The translations under genes and the position numbers were made by a program. Shown here piece after piece: positions 48,571 to 58,600 of a stretch of 64,000 nucleotides of DNA. Location: NCBI GenBank assembly GCA_963422375.2, contig CAXXKD010000001.1, forward strand, positions 96,001-160,000, given 5' to 3'. The notes under the pieces are model-generated. The model searched no databases. It was not told where the DNA came from and saw only the letters and a program-made list of their open reading frames with translations. This stretch comes from Bryobacterales bacterium. Its GTDB lineage: Bacteria; Acidobacteriota; Terriglobia; Bryobacterales; UBA6623. How positions within the stretch are numbered: the stretch's first letter is position 1; each line of letters opens with the position of its first letter.

Positions 48571-50922
48571 TCAGCCGGAGCTCGCCGCGGGCCGCTGGTC
48601 CCCGGCCCGGCGGAGGAATGGCGTGCTGGTGACGATGCCGTCGATCAGCGCCGAGAAGCGGTAGCCCGATGCCTTCAGGTCGCGCAGGATCGCGTCGATG
48701 GCAGGGTTGTCCCGACGGTCCACGCCCCGGCCCAAGGCGTACGTCAGGAGCTTCTTCGCGAGCGTCCGGCAGAAGGCGTCGCGCTCCGTCTCGACCAGGA
48801 TGCCGCGCAGCTGGGCGGGCGTCTCGAACGAGCGCCCGCCCGGCAGCGTGCCCGAAGTGTCCAGCGGGACGCCGCGGTCCTCCGTCCGCCAGCGGCCCAC
48901 CGGGTCGTAGTTCTCGAGCCCGAAGCCGATCGCGTCCATCACCAGATGGCAGGACATGCAGCCCTCGTTGGCGCGGTGCGCCTCGAGCTGCTGCCGCAGC
49001 GTTCCGTGCATCTCGCCTTGGACGGCTTCAAGCTCCGGCACGTCGGGCGGAGGCGGGGGCGGGGCCTGTCCCAGGATGTTCTCGAGCACCCACAGGCCGC
49101 GCAGAACCGGGGAAGTGCGCGTCGGGTACGACGACACGGTCAGCATGCTCGCCTGTCCGAGCAGCCCTCCGCGCCGCCCGTCCGGCAGCGCGACCCGCCG
49201 GAATTCGTCACCTTCCACCCCCTCGATCCCGTAGTGACGGGCCAGCGGCCCGTTGAGGAAGGTGAAATCGCTGTCGAGGAACTCCAGAACGCTTCGATCC
49301 TCCCGCAGGACGCCGCTGAAGAAGAGCTGGGTCTCCCGCTCCATCGCGGCGCGCAGCCCGTCGTCAATGCCAGGGAAACGCTCCGGGTCGGGCCGAATGC
49401 GGGCGAGGTTGCGGAGTTGCAGCCACTGACCGGCGAAGTTCCGAGACAGGGCGGCGGACCTCGGGTCGGCCAGCAAGCGGCGGACCTGCCGGCGGATCTC
49501 GGCGGGCGAGTCCGCCAGACCGGCCTCGGCGGCGGCCAGCAGCTCCTCGTCGGGCATGCTGCTCCACAGGAAGTACGACAGGCGCGAGGCCAGCTCGTAG
49601 CTGTCCACGGAGCGCGTCGGCTCGGCGCCGCCGGGGGCGGGGTCGCGCTCGACGCGGAACAGGAACTGTGGCGCGACGAGCACGGCCTGCAGCACGGTCT
49701 GGACCATCCCCTCGAAGCTCTCGCCCCCGCGCATCGAGGCCTCGGCCAGCGCCATCAGGCGTCGCAGTTCCGCTTCCGTCGGAGGTCGGCGGAAGGCGCG
49801 CCGCGCGAGCCTCTCGACGATCCGGCGCGCGCAGGGCCTCCAGGGCTCCTCCCCCTCCGGCCGGCACGTGATCAGCCGCCGGTGGCTCTTGGGGAGCGGC
49901 AGCGGCGCGGCGTCGAACGGCCCGTTGATCTCGAGGTAGTCGACCCAGATCTTCCGCGTCGCGTACCCGGCGTTGGGATTCATCGGCGCTCCGCTGAAGT
50001 CGATGAATCCCAGCCAGATCTCCGTCTCTCCCGGTCCCATCCGGTGGGTCGCCCTCTCGCTGCGGTCGAAATACTGGGCCGCCTCGACCGCCTTTGTCGC
50101 CATCCTGCGGCCGTCTACGGTCAACGTCATCAGCCGGGGCGGCGGCGGCTCCATGTCGGGGAGGTACCGCCCGTCGTCTTCGGACCGCTGCCTTCGGTCC
50201 GTCGCGCCGAACGCGAACCTGTAGAAGCCCGCCGCGGGGAACCTGTGGGCGAGGCGCATCGAGCCGTCCGCCGTGAAGGGCGAGACGTTGCCGATCGCGG
50301 CGGGGTTCTCCGGGTCGCGGACCGCCTGGATGCGGAAGCGGGTCGGCTCGGCCAGCCGCGGGCGGTTCCAGATCGCCGCCCGGGCGAGCTTGCCGGCGGC
50401 GTCGAGATACTTCTCCATCAGCAGAGGGGACACCGACAGCACGTCGCCGATGTTGTCGAACCCGTAGCCCGAGTCGTCCACGGGGAAGGAGTCCGCCGGC
50501 CGCAGGCTCACATCCAGCAGGTCGCGGACCGTGTTGTTGTACTCGTCTCGGTTCAGCCGCCGCGCGGTCACGCGCCCCGGCCGCTCTGTCCGATGCCGCT
50601 GCATCGATGCGCCGCGGCTCTCGATCCAAGCCGCGAGCGCGTCGAGCTCGGACGCCGCCGGCGCGCTGCTTCCCGGCGGGGGCATCCTGCCCGAGCGGGT
50701 CATGCGCAGCACGTCGTCCCAGACATCGGGATGGCGCAGGGCCTCGGACTCCTCCGCGAACTGGTCGAGCCGCAGGTCGGCCATCTGCATGCGCTCGCCG
50801 TGGCAGGTGGCGCAGTGCTCGGCGAGGAACGGTTTGACGGACTCCTCGAAGGTGTCGGCCGGCAGGGACCAGGAGGTCAGAGCGACGGCGAGGATGCGGA
50901 CTGCTCGCGCCACCGCATCCAT
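48571..50922 (-). CDS. DUF1592/1588/1585/1587/1595-family protein with c-type haem motifs
   Basis: CATCH and CMSCH; RRLNRDEYNNTVRDL, YGFDNIG, LASRLSYFLWSSMPD, FAGQWL, RTSPVLRG, LLTYALGR. Start 50913, 50922 or 50934. Confidence 0.92.
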   Translation of the reverse strand: MDAVARAVRILAVALTSWSLPADTFEESVKPFLAEHCATCHGERMQMADLRLDQFAEESEALRHPDVWDDVLRMTRSGRMPPPGSSAPAASELDALAAWIESRGASMQRHRTERPGRVTARRLNRDEYNNTVRDLLDVSLRPADSFPVDDSGYGFDNIGDVLSVSPLLMEKYLDAAGKLARAAIWNRPRLAEPTRFRIQAVRDPENPAAIGNVSPFTADGSMRLAHRFPAAGFYRFAFGATDRRQRSEDDGRYLPDMEPPPPRLMTLTVDGRRMATKAVEAAQYFDRSERATHRMGPGETEIWLGFIDFSGAPMNPNAGYATRKIWVDYLEINGPFDAAPLPLPKSHRRLITCRPEGEEPWRPCARRIVERLARRAFRRPPTEAELRRLMALAEASMRGGESFEGMVQTVLQAVLVAPQFLFRVERDPAPGGAEPTRSVDSYELASRLSYFLWSSMPDEELLAAAEAGLADSPAEIRRQVRRLLADPRSAALSRNFAGQWLQLRNLARIRPDPERFPGIDDGLRAAMERETQLFFSGVLREDRSVLEFLDSDFTFLNGPLARHYGIEGVEGDEFRRVALPDGRRGGLLGQASMLTVSSYPTRTSPVLRGLWVLENILGQAPPPPPPDVPELEAVQGEMHGTLRQQLEAHRANEGCMSCHLVMDAIGFGLENYDPVGRWRTEDRGVPLDTSGTLPGGRSFETPAQLRGILVETERDAFCRTLAKKLLTYALGRGVDRRDNPAIDAILRDLKASGYRFSALIDGIVTSTPFLRRAGDQRPAASSG

Positions 50923-50974
50923 TATCGCATCCATTATATCGTTGCGTCCGCCGCTATATCGTTGCGTCCGCCGC
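50914..50974. repeat. Two overlapping tandem duplications (12 bp x2 and 20 bp x2)
   Basis: CGCATCCATTAT at 50914 and 50926; TATATCGTTGCGTCCGCCGC at 50935 and 50955. Confidence 0.92.
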
Positions 50975-51040
50975 CCCTTTGACGGTCCGCGGCCCGTGCC
51001 CGGGCAAGCCCGTTCGATTGATAGCCTATGAGAGGGACGC

Positions 51041-54000
51041 ATGAGAAAGCTCCTAGCTGCCAACCGCGGCGAGATCGCGATCCGCATCCTGCGCGCTGCC
51101 ACCGAACTCGGCTTGCGCACTGCGACGGTTTACTCCAACGAGGACCGCCTCAGCCTGCACCGGTTCAAGGCGGACGAAGCCTACGAGGTGGGCGGGGGCA
51201 AGGGCCCGGTCGCGGCCTATCTCGATATCGACGGAATCGTCGCGCTGGCTAGGGACCGCGGCTGCGACGCGATCCACCCGGGGTACGGCTTCCTGTCCGA
51301 GAACGCCGCTTTCGCGAGGGCCTGCGCGGACGCTGGCATCGCTTTCGTCGGCCCGCCCCCCGAGCTGCTCGAGGCGCTAGGCGACAAGACCCGCGCCCGC
51401 CGGATCGCCCGCGAGGCGGGCGTGCCGATCATTCCCGGGAGCGATCTCGCGGGAACCGATCCCGACCGGTTGCGCGAGCAGGCGGGAGAGATCGGCTATC
51501 CGCTGATCGTCAAGGCGTCGTTTGGCGGCGGCGGCCGAGGCATGCGCGTCGTACGCGACGAGGCCGAACTGCTCGGCAGGCTCGAGGAAGCCCGGACCGA
51601 GGCCCGCCGGACGTTCGGCGACGGCTCGGTTTTCCTGGAGCGCTACATCGCCCGGGCGCGGCACATCGAGGTGCAGATCCTAGCCGACAGCCACGGGTCG
51701 ATCGTGCATCTGTGGGAGCGCGACTGCTCGGTGCAGCGGCGCCACCAGAAGGTCGTCGAGCTCGCTCCCGCGGCGAATCTGTCCGAGGAGTTGCGCGCTT
51801 CGATCTGCGGCGCGGCGATTCGCGTCGCCCGGGCGACCGGCTACGTCAACGCGGGCACCGTGGAGTTCCTCGTGGACGCGGACCGGGGCGAGTGGTATTT
51901 CATCGAGGTCAATCCGCGGATTCAGGTCGAGCACACCGTCACCGAGATGGTGACGGGCATCGACATCGTGCGCTCGCAGATCTTGGTGGCCCAGGGCTGC
52001 CACCTACACGATCACCCGCTCGCGCTTCCGCTGCAGGAGGCAATCCAGCGGCGCGGGTTCGCCATCCAGTGCCGGATCACCACCGAGGATCCGCAGGACG
52101 GCTTCTCGCCCGACTACGGTCGCTTGCAGGCGTTCCGCTCGGCCGCGGGGTTGGGAATCCGCCTCGACGGCACGGCCTACGCGGGGGCCGTGCTGAGCCC
52201 GTTCTACGACTCGCTGCTGGTCAAGCTCACGGCTTGGGACTCGACCTTGCGCGGCGCCTGCTCGCGGGCTGAGCGGGCGCTGCGGGAGTTTCGCATCCGC
52301 GGGGTCAAGACCAATATCCAGTTCCTAGAGAACGTCGTCAATCACCCGGCGTTCCAGTCGGGCGAGATCACGACCGGATTTCTCGAGCAGACGCCGGAAC
52401 TGATTCGCTTCCGCCCGCGGCGCGACCGGGCCAACCGCCTGCTCAGCTACATCGGGGACACGATCGTCAACGGGAATCCGACCGTCGCGGGAAAGGACCG
52501 CCCTGCTCGGTTCGAACGGCCGCCGGAAGTGCCGTTCGAGCGCGGCACCGCGCCGCCCCCGGGGACCCGCCAGCGGCTGCTGGAAGCGGGTCCCGAGAGA
52601 TTCTGCGAGTGGGTGCGGGACCAGCAGCGGCTCCTGCTCACCGACACGACCTTCCGCGACGCGCACCAGTCGCTCCTCGCGACGAGAGTCCGCACCTACG
52701 ACCTGCTTGCCACCGCCCCGGCGGTCGCCCGCAGGCTCTCCAACCTGTTCAGCCTCGAGATGTGGGGCGGGGCTACGTTCGATTCCGCGCTGCGCTTCCT
52801 CTACGAGGATCCGTGGGAGCGCCTGAGGCTGCTGCGCCGGGCCGTCCCCAACATCTGCTTCCAGATGCTGCTGCGGGCGTCGAACGCGGTGGGGTACACG
52901 AGCTACCCGGACAACGTGGTCCGCGAGTTCACGGTCGAGGCCGCCCGGCAGGGCATCGACGTGTTCCGCATCTTCGACTCTCTCAACGATCTCGGCAACA
53001 TGCAGGTCGCCATGGACGCGGTCCGGAGCACGGCCGCGATCTGCGAGCCGGCCATCTGCTACACCGGCGACATTCTCGATCCGAGGCGTCCGAAGTACAG
53101 CCTGAACTACTACCTGGACCTTGCCCGGGAGCTCAAGTCCATGGGAGCGCACATGCTCGGCATCAAGGACATGGCCGGCCTGTGCCGCCCGTACGCGGCC
53201 TACGAGCTGGTGCGGGTGCTGCGGGGCGAGCTCGGCCTGCCGGTGCATTTCCACACGCACGATTCCAGCGGGCTGAACGCCGCCACGCTGCTGAAGGCAT
53301 CCGAGGCCGGGGTCGACGTCGTGGACGCCGCCGTCGCGGCTCTCTCGGGCTCGACCAGCCAGCCGAACCTCAACTCGCTGGTCGGCACCCTGAAGGGCAC
53401 TCCGCGCGACAGCGAGCTCGACTCGGACGCGCTCGGGGACTGCTCCCTGTACTGGGAGACGGTAAGAGCCTACTACCTGCCGTTCGACAACGCGCCGAAG
53501 TCCGGGAGCGCCCGCCTGTACTCGCACGAGATCCCCGGCGGCCAGTTCACCAACCTGCAGCAGCAGGCCGCGGCGATGGGCTTGGCGCAGCGCTGGCGCG
53601 AGGTCGAGCAGATGTACGCCGACGTCAACCAGCTGCTGGGCGACATCGTTAAGGTGACGCCGTCCAGCAAGGTGGTCGGCGACCTGGCGCTGTTCCTGCT
53701 CGCGAAGGGCATGACGTGCGAGGAGGTCCGCAAGCTCCCGCGCAACCACAACGTGGGCTTTCCCGACTCGGTCGTGGACATGATGCGCGGCTCGCTCGGC
53801 AGCCCGCCGGGGGGATGGCCGGAGGACGTCCGCCGGATCCTGCTCAGCCGGAAGAAGCCGCTGGCCGGCCGGGCCGCCGCGAAGCTGCCCCCGGCCGATC
53901 TCGACGCGGCGCGGGCGAAGGCGGCGAAGCTGCTCGGACGCAAGGCCAGGCCCTGCGACGCGATCGGCTACCTCCTCTACCCGGACGTCTTCGCCAAGTT

Positions 54001-54481
54001 CGCCGAAACCCGCCGCAAGCATGCCGACGTGGGCGTGCTGCCGACGCCGGTGTTCTTCTACGGATTGGAGAAGGACGAGGAGTGCGTCATCGACATCGAG
54101 GCCGGCAAGCGACTGATCGTCAAGTTCCTGACATTGGGCGAGCCGCAGCCGAACGGCACGAGGACCGTCTTCTTCGAGCTCAACGGCCAGCCCCGGGAGG
54201 TGCGCGTGCGCGACCGCTCGCTGCAGGCGGACCGGCCCGCGGCGCGGAAGGCCTCCAGCGGGAATCCGGATCACATCGGAGCGCCGACGCCGGGCTTGGT
54301 CACGGGGCTGTTCGTCGGGCCGGGAGACGAAGTCGAGGCGAACGCGAAGCTGCTCACCCTCGAGGCGATGAAGATGCAAAGCACGATCTACGCTCCCAGG
54401 ACCGGCAAGATTCGGGAGATCCTCGTGGAGGCGGGCAGCCAGGTGCAGGCCAAGGATCTGCTGGCGATCCTAGGCTCCTAG
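51041..54481 (+). CDS. pyc: Pyruvate carboxylase
   Basis: ANRGEIAIR, HPGYGFLSEN, RDCSVQRRHQK, DTTFRDAHQSL, IKDMAG, HFHTHD, biotin site EAMKM; 1146 aa. Confidence 0.98.
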   Translation: MRKLLAANRGEIAIRILRAATELGLRTATVYSNEDRLSLHRFKADEAYEVGGGKGPVAAYLDIDGIVALARDRGCDAIHPGYGFLSENAAFARACADAGIAFVGPPPELLEALGDKTRARRIAREAGVPIIPGSDLAGTDPDRLREQAGEIGYPLIVKASFGGGGRGMRVVRDEAELLGRLEEARTEARRTFGDGSVFLERYIARARHIEVQILADSHGSIVHLWERDCSVQRRHQKVVELAPAANLSEELRASICGAAIRVARATGYVNAGTVEFLVDADRGEWYFIEVNPRIQVEHTVTEMVTGIDIVRSQILVAQGCHLHDHPLALPLQEAIQRRGFAIQCRITTEDPQDGFSPDYGRLQAFRSAAGLGIRLDGTAYAGAVLSPFYDSLLVKLTAWDSTLRGACSRAERALREFRIRGVKTNIQFLENVVNHPAFQSGEITTGFLEQTPELIRFRPRRDRANRLLSYIGDTIVNGNPTVAGKDRPARFERPPEVPFERGTAPPPGTRQRLLEAGPERFCEWVRDQQRLLLTDTTFRDAHQSLLATRVRTYDLLATAPAVARRLSNLFSLEMWGGATFDSALRFLYEDPWERLRLLRRAVPNICFQMLLRASNAVGYTSYPDNVVREFTVEAARQGIDVFRIFDSLNDLGNMQVAMDAVRSTAAICEPAICYTGDILDPRRPKYSLNYYLDLARELKSMGAHMLGIKDMAGLCRPYAAYELVRVLRGELGLPVHFHTHDSSGLNAATLLKASEAGVDVVDAAVAALSGSTSQPNLNSLVGTLKGTPRDSELDSDALGDCSLYWETVRAYYLPFDNAPKSGSARLYSHEIPGGQFTNLQQQAAAMGLAQRWREVEQMYADVNQLLGDIVKVTPSSKVVGDLALFLLAKGMTCEEVRKLPRNHNVGFPDSVVDMMRGSLGSPPGGWPEDVRRILLSRKKPLAGRAAAKLPPADLDAARAKAAKLLGRKARPCDAIGYLLYPDVFAKFAETRRKHADVGVLPTPVFFYGLEKDEECVIDIEAGKRLIVKFLTLGEPQPNGTRTVFFELNGQPREVRVRDRSLQADRPAARKASSGNPDHIGAPTPGLVTGLFVGPGDEVEANAKLLTLEAMKMQSTIYAPRTGKIREILVEAGSQVQAKDLLAILGS

Positions 54482-54485
54482 CGGC

Positions 54486-55403
54486 GTGCCGGCGCGGAGT
54501 TCGCGATTCACCGTCGCGGCCTGGCTGTTCGTCGCGTACTTGGTGGGCGTCATCCTGTTCGGGGCGTGGGTCCGCATCAGCCACTCGGGGGACGGCTGCG
54601 GCAGCAACTGGCCGACCTGCGGCGGGGAGGTGGTGCCGACCGATCCCTCCGCCGCCACGCTGGTCGAGTTCACCCACCGCGTGACTAGCGGTCTGTGCGG
54701 GGTGTTCGGAATCGCCCTGCTTGCATCAGCTTGGAAGCGCTTCGGCTCGGGGCCGGTCACGCGCTCGGTCGGCCTGACGCTGCTCTTCATCGTCTTCGAA
54801 GGCGCGATCGGCGCGGGCCTAGTCCTGGGCGAGCTGGTGGCGGACGATGCCTCCGTCGCCCGGTCGGTCGTGATCGGGCTGCACTTGACGAATACGCTCG
54901 CCTTGACCGCGTTCGCGTCCCTGGCCGCTCGGCGCTCGGCGCGTCCCGGCCCCGTCGAATTCCTGCCGCGGCGAAGGGCGGCCTTCTCGATCGGCATCGC
55001 ATTGGTCGTGGGGGCCTCAATAAGCGGGGCGGTCACCGCCCTCGGGGACACGCTCTTTCCCAGGGACGCGGTCGTCGGCGAGAGCCTGCTCGCGGGGGTC
55101 CGGGCCGACCTGTCGGCAGGCAACCACTTCCTGGTGAGGCTGCGCGTGCTGCACCCGGCCGTGGCCGTCGTGGCCGCGTCGTACGTGATCTGGCTGCTCG
55201 GCAGGGAGGCCGACACCAACCGGTGGGCCAGAACTGCAATGTATCTGGCGGCGACCGAGGTAGCGATCGGGTTCTTAAACGTGGCGCTCGCGGCGCCGGG
55301 CTGGTTGCAGCTCGTGCATCTGGCGGGGGCGCAGGCGTTCTGGATGGCGCTTGTGCTGACATGCGACTCGCTCGTAGCGGATCCGGCACAGCCCGCGGGC
55401 TGA
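54486..55403 (+). CDS. ctaA: Haem A synthase, COX15/CtaA family
   Basis: GAWVRISHSGDGCGSNWPTC, VEFTHR, IGLH, LHP, LVHL; multi-TM. Confidence 0.82.
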   Translation: MPARSSRFTVAAWLFVAYLVGVILFGAWVRISHSGDGCGSNWPTCGGEVVPTDPSAATLVEFTHRVTSGLCGVFGIALLASAWKRFGSGPVTRSVGLTLLFIVFEGAIGAGLVLGELVADDASVARSVVIGLHLTNTLALTAFASLAARRSARPGPVEFLPRRRAAFSIGIALVVGASISGAVTALGDTLFPRDAVVGESLLAGVRADLSAGNHFLVRLRVLHPAVAVVAASYVIWLLGREADTNRWARTAMYLAATEVAIGFLNVALAAPGWLQLVHLAGAQAFWMALVLTCDSLVADPAQPAG

Positions 55404-55656
55404 CCTCAGTCTCGCGGGCGTCTCAGCCGTGATGTGGCGAGCTGCCTTCGGCGGCATGGGGCCGACGCTGGAGCGGCCCGGCGGCGAAGGCTGAACCTGA
55501 GCATCCGCTGGGAACCAGTCGATCCTGGAAAAAGCTCTCTTGCGGGACCGGGTTTCCTTTGACTCGCAGAGCGCTTCGGTGGTACAGTGGCAGCGCTAGA
55601 GGCCGAGGGCCGTCCGAAGGGTTTGGATGGTGGCCTCCAGCCATTGGGGGTGAATC

Positions 55657-58600
55657 ATGAACTTGCACTGGACGAACGGCCTGATGCTCGGTGCGGTCGC
55701 GGTCCTTATCTTGGTCGTTCCGTCGGTGGCTCTCGCCCAAGGATCGGGCGGAACGATCAACGGCACGGTGACGGATGTGACGGGCGCGGTCATCCCGGGC
55801 GCTCTCGTCGAGGTCACAAATCTCGAGAACGGCGTCGTCACGTCCACCGAGACGGGCGCGAATGGCGTGTACTACCTGCCGAACATGCCCTTCGGGGAGT
55901 ACAGCATCGCAGCGGAATCGGAGGGCTTCAAGAGGGCCGAGGTCAGCGGCGTCCGACTGAACGCTTCCGCCGAGATCCAGCAGTCGTTCGCGCTGGAGGT
56001 AGGCGCGCTCACTGAGGTGGTCGAAGTGAATGCGGCCCAAGTGCAGGTCCAGACGACTTCCGGATCGGTGGGTTCCACCGTTCAAGTCGAGCAAATGATG
56101 GAACTGCCGCTCGCCGGCCGGAACATCTTCAACTTGGTCAACCTCGTGCCCGGCGCCTATCGCTCGAGAAACGGCAACATTTCCATCGGCGGGGGCCGCA
56201 CGCGCTCCGCGGGCTCGTTCATCGACGGCATCAACAACACCCGCGGCGGACTGGGCGTGCAGAACATCGAGATGGTGCCGCCCATGGAATCGATGCACGA
56301 GTTCAGGGTCGAGGTGAACTCGCAGGGAGCGGAGTACGGGCGGAGCTCGGCCGGCGCCGTGCATGCCGTCACGAGGGCCGGCAACAACGAGATCCACGGC
56401 GTGCTCTACGATTACGTGCGGAACGACGTGTTCGACGCGATCAGCTGGAACAACAAGCGCAACGAGAATCCCACGAAGCCCAAGTTGCGGCAGAACCGGG
56501 GCGGGGCGGGAATCCGTGGTCCCATCGTCAAGAACAAGACATTCTACGCCTATACCTTCGACTTGTTCCTGAATCCCAGAAACGTGAATCGGATCCGCTC
56601 GGTCGGCCGTCCGGAATACCGTGTCGGAGATTTTTCGAATGCCACGCAGAATCGGAGGCAAAAGGCCGTTCTGGTTCCGATCTTCGATCCAATGACACGG
56701 AAAGCAGGTTCGTTCATTCGCCCGCGCCTTTCTGATCCGTTCCCTAACAACAAGATTCCGGCGAGCAGGTTCGACCCCGTAGCCGTAAAGGCTCTGAGCT
56801 ATCTTCCGAGCCCCAACAAGACTCCGAACAATCTCTTCAATTTGGCTGGGAATTGGAGCGAGCAGGTTCGACTTGTGACTAACAGAACGTATCACGTTGG
56901 CAGGATCGACCACAATTTCACCGACAAGTGGCGTGTGTTTTTGCGAACTATCTTCAGCGACACTAACGTCAACAATGCCTACTCGGAGGGATATGGAGTC
57001 GCGGACCTCAACGGCAGTACAAGCCATCAGCGTCGGCAGAACTGGGGTTTGGACAGCACCTACACTTTCAATCCGAACTTCTTCATGAGGCTGACTGCGG
57101 GCTTCAACAGAGTCCATTTGGAAAACCACCAAGGCGACTGTTGCGATACGAATTATGCCGAGGTTCTCGGACTTCCTGGCCTAGAAAAAGGCGGCGAGTC
57201 ATTCCCCCGCATGCAATTCAATGGTAGAATTCCAATGACGAACATCGGAGGAGGATACGCTAGGCGTGTCGCAGCATTCACCAACTTCGACTATGATGCG
57301 AACTTCACGAAGATTCGCGGAAACCACACTATCAAATTCGGAGGCAAATACACGTCGTTCCAAGGTAACGAGCTTGCTCGGCAGCGGCCCTCGGGCCAGT
57401 GGGTCTCAAGTGGCGCGTTTACGCGCAAATGGCCCAAGAAGGGAGGGGCCAACGTCAACACGGGCGTTCCGCTCGGTGATTTTCTTCTCGGTCATATCTG
57501 GACCGTGAATGCGCGAGTCGCTCCGCCGATTGGAAAGCGTATCAAGTACTGGGCAGGCTATCTTCAGGACGACTGGCGAGTCACGCCTAGGCTTGTGATC
57601 AACATTGGATTGCGCTACGAGACCGAGACACCAATTTACGAAGTTGGGGGTCGCATGAACGGGTTCTGCGAGTACTGCGCCCATCCGCTAGCGGGTCAGA
57701 ATGGAATTCCAGAAGACGCGATCGGTCGCGTTCTCTTTCCGAATCGCGATGGAACTGGCAAGTATCTCTGGAATTGGGACTGGAACAATATTGCCCCGCG
57801 ATTTGGCTTTGCCTACCGTATCAAGGACGACTCGTCCATGGTATTGCGAGGTGGATTCGGAATCTATTACGGCAATCCGTATGATCGCAATTCCATCCAG
57901 CCTGGGCGAGCAGGATTCGACAATATCTTTGCGCGACGGAACGGAATTGACACCTACCTTCGCGACGGTCTTCCAGCCGGAGCTCTGGACTACATCCCGG
58001 AAGAGGAGTTGACCGGCGGTTTCGGGTCAATGGGCACGCGTTTCCCGACTTCGACGATCCAGTACTGGAACCAAGAACGCGAAATGCCGTATTCTCAGAA
58101 TTTTAACGTCATGTTGCAGATGCGCTGGAAGGGCGTACTTTGGGAATTCGGTGGCATGGCAAGCTTGGCTCGCCACCAGAATTTCAATAACATCAATATC
58201 AATCAGATCCGCCCGAAAGACTTAATTGAAGCCAACTCGAAAAACGATGCTTACCGCGAGACCTTCTATCCTTGGAGGGCTTGGGAGGCGATGGAGGACC
58301 AGATTCAGCTGATGTCTCCCAACTGGGGAATCTCGAATTACTATGCGGGAACGTTCAGGTCCGAGAAGCGCTATCAAAACGGCTTGGGCTGGACGGTGGC
58401 CTATACGCATACGCAGTGGATCGACAACGTTCGATTCATCGGGAATGCCGATACGTTCGGCAACAACTTCTACCCTCAGTCGGTCTACGACCTGAGGAAC
58501 GAGCGGTCCAGTTCTGGAAGCCGCCTGCCGCACCGCATTGTGTTTGCTCCGATATTCGAGCTGCCATTCGGGCGCAACAAGCGCTGGGGCGACCGCTGGC

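Noticed and set aside
44075..50974. Short direct repeats as a possible CRISPR array
   Set aside because: Only two adjacent copies each, no spacers, and no cas genes in the window.
48529..54379. Long antisense ORFs (48529-50982 +, 52325-54379 -; likewise 6453-7928, 36863-38965, 55423-57132)
   Set aside because: Shadow frames opposite clearly identifiable genes; high GC makes stop codons rare, and they carry no recognisable motifs.
57664..57687. CEYCAH in receptor 1 as a c-type haem site
   Set aside because: The spacing is CxxCxH, not CxxCH.
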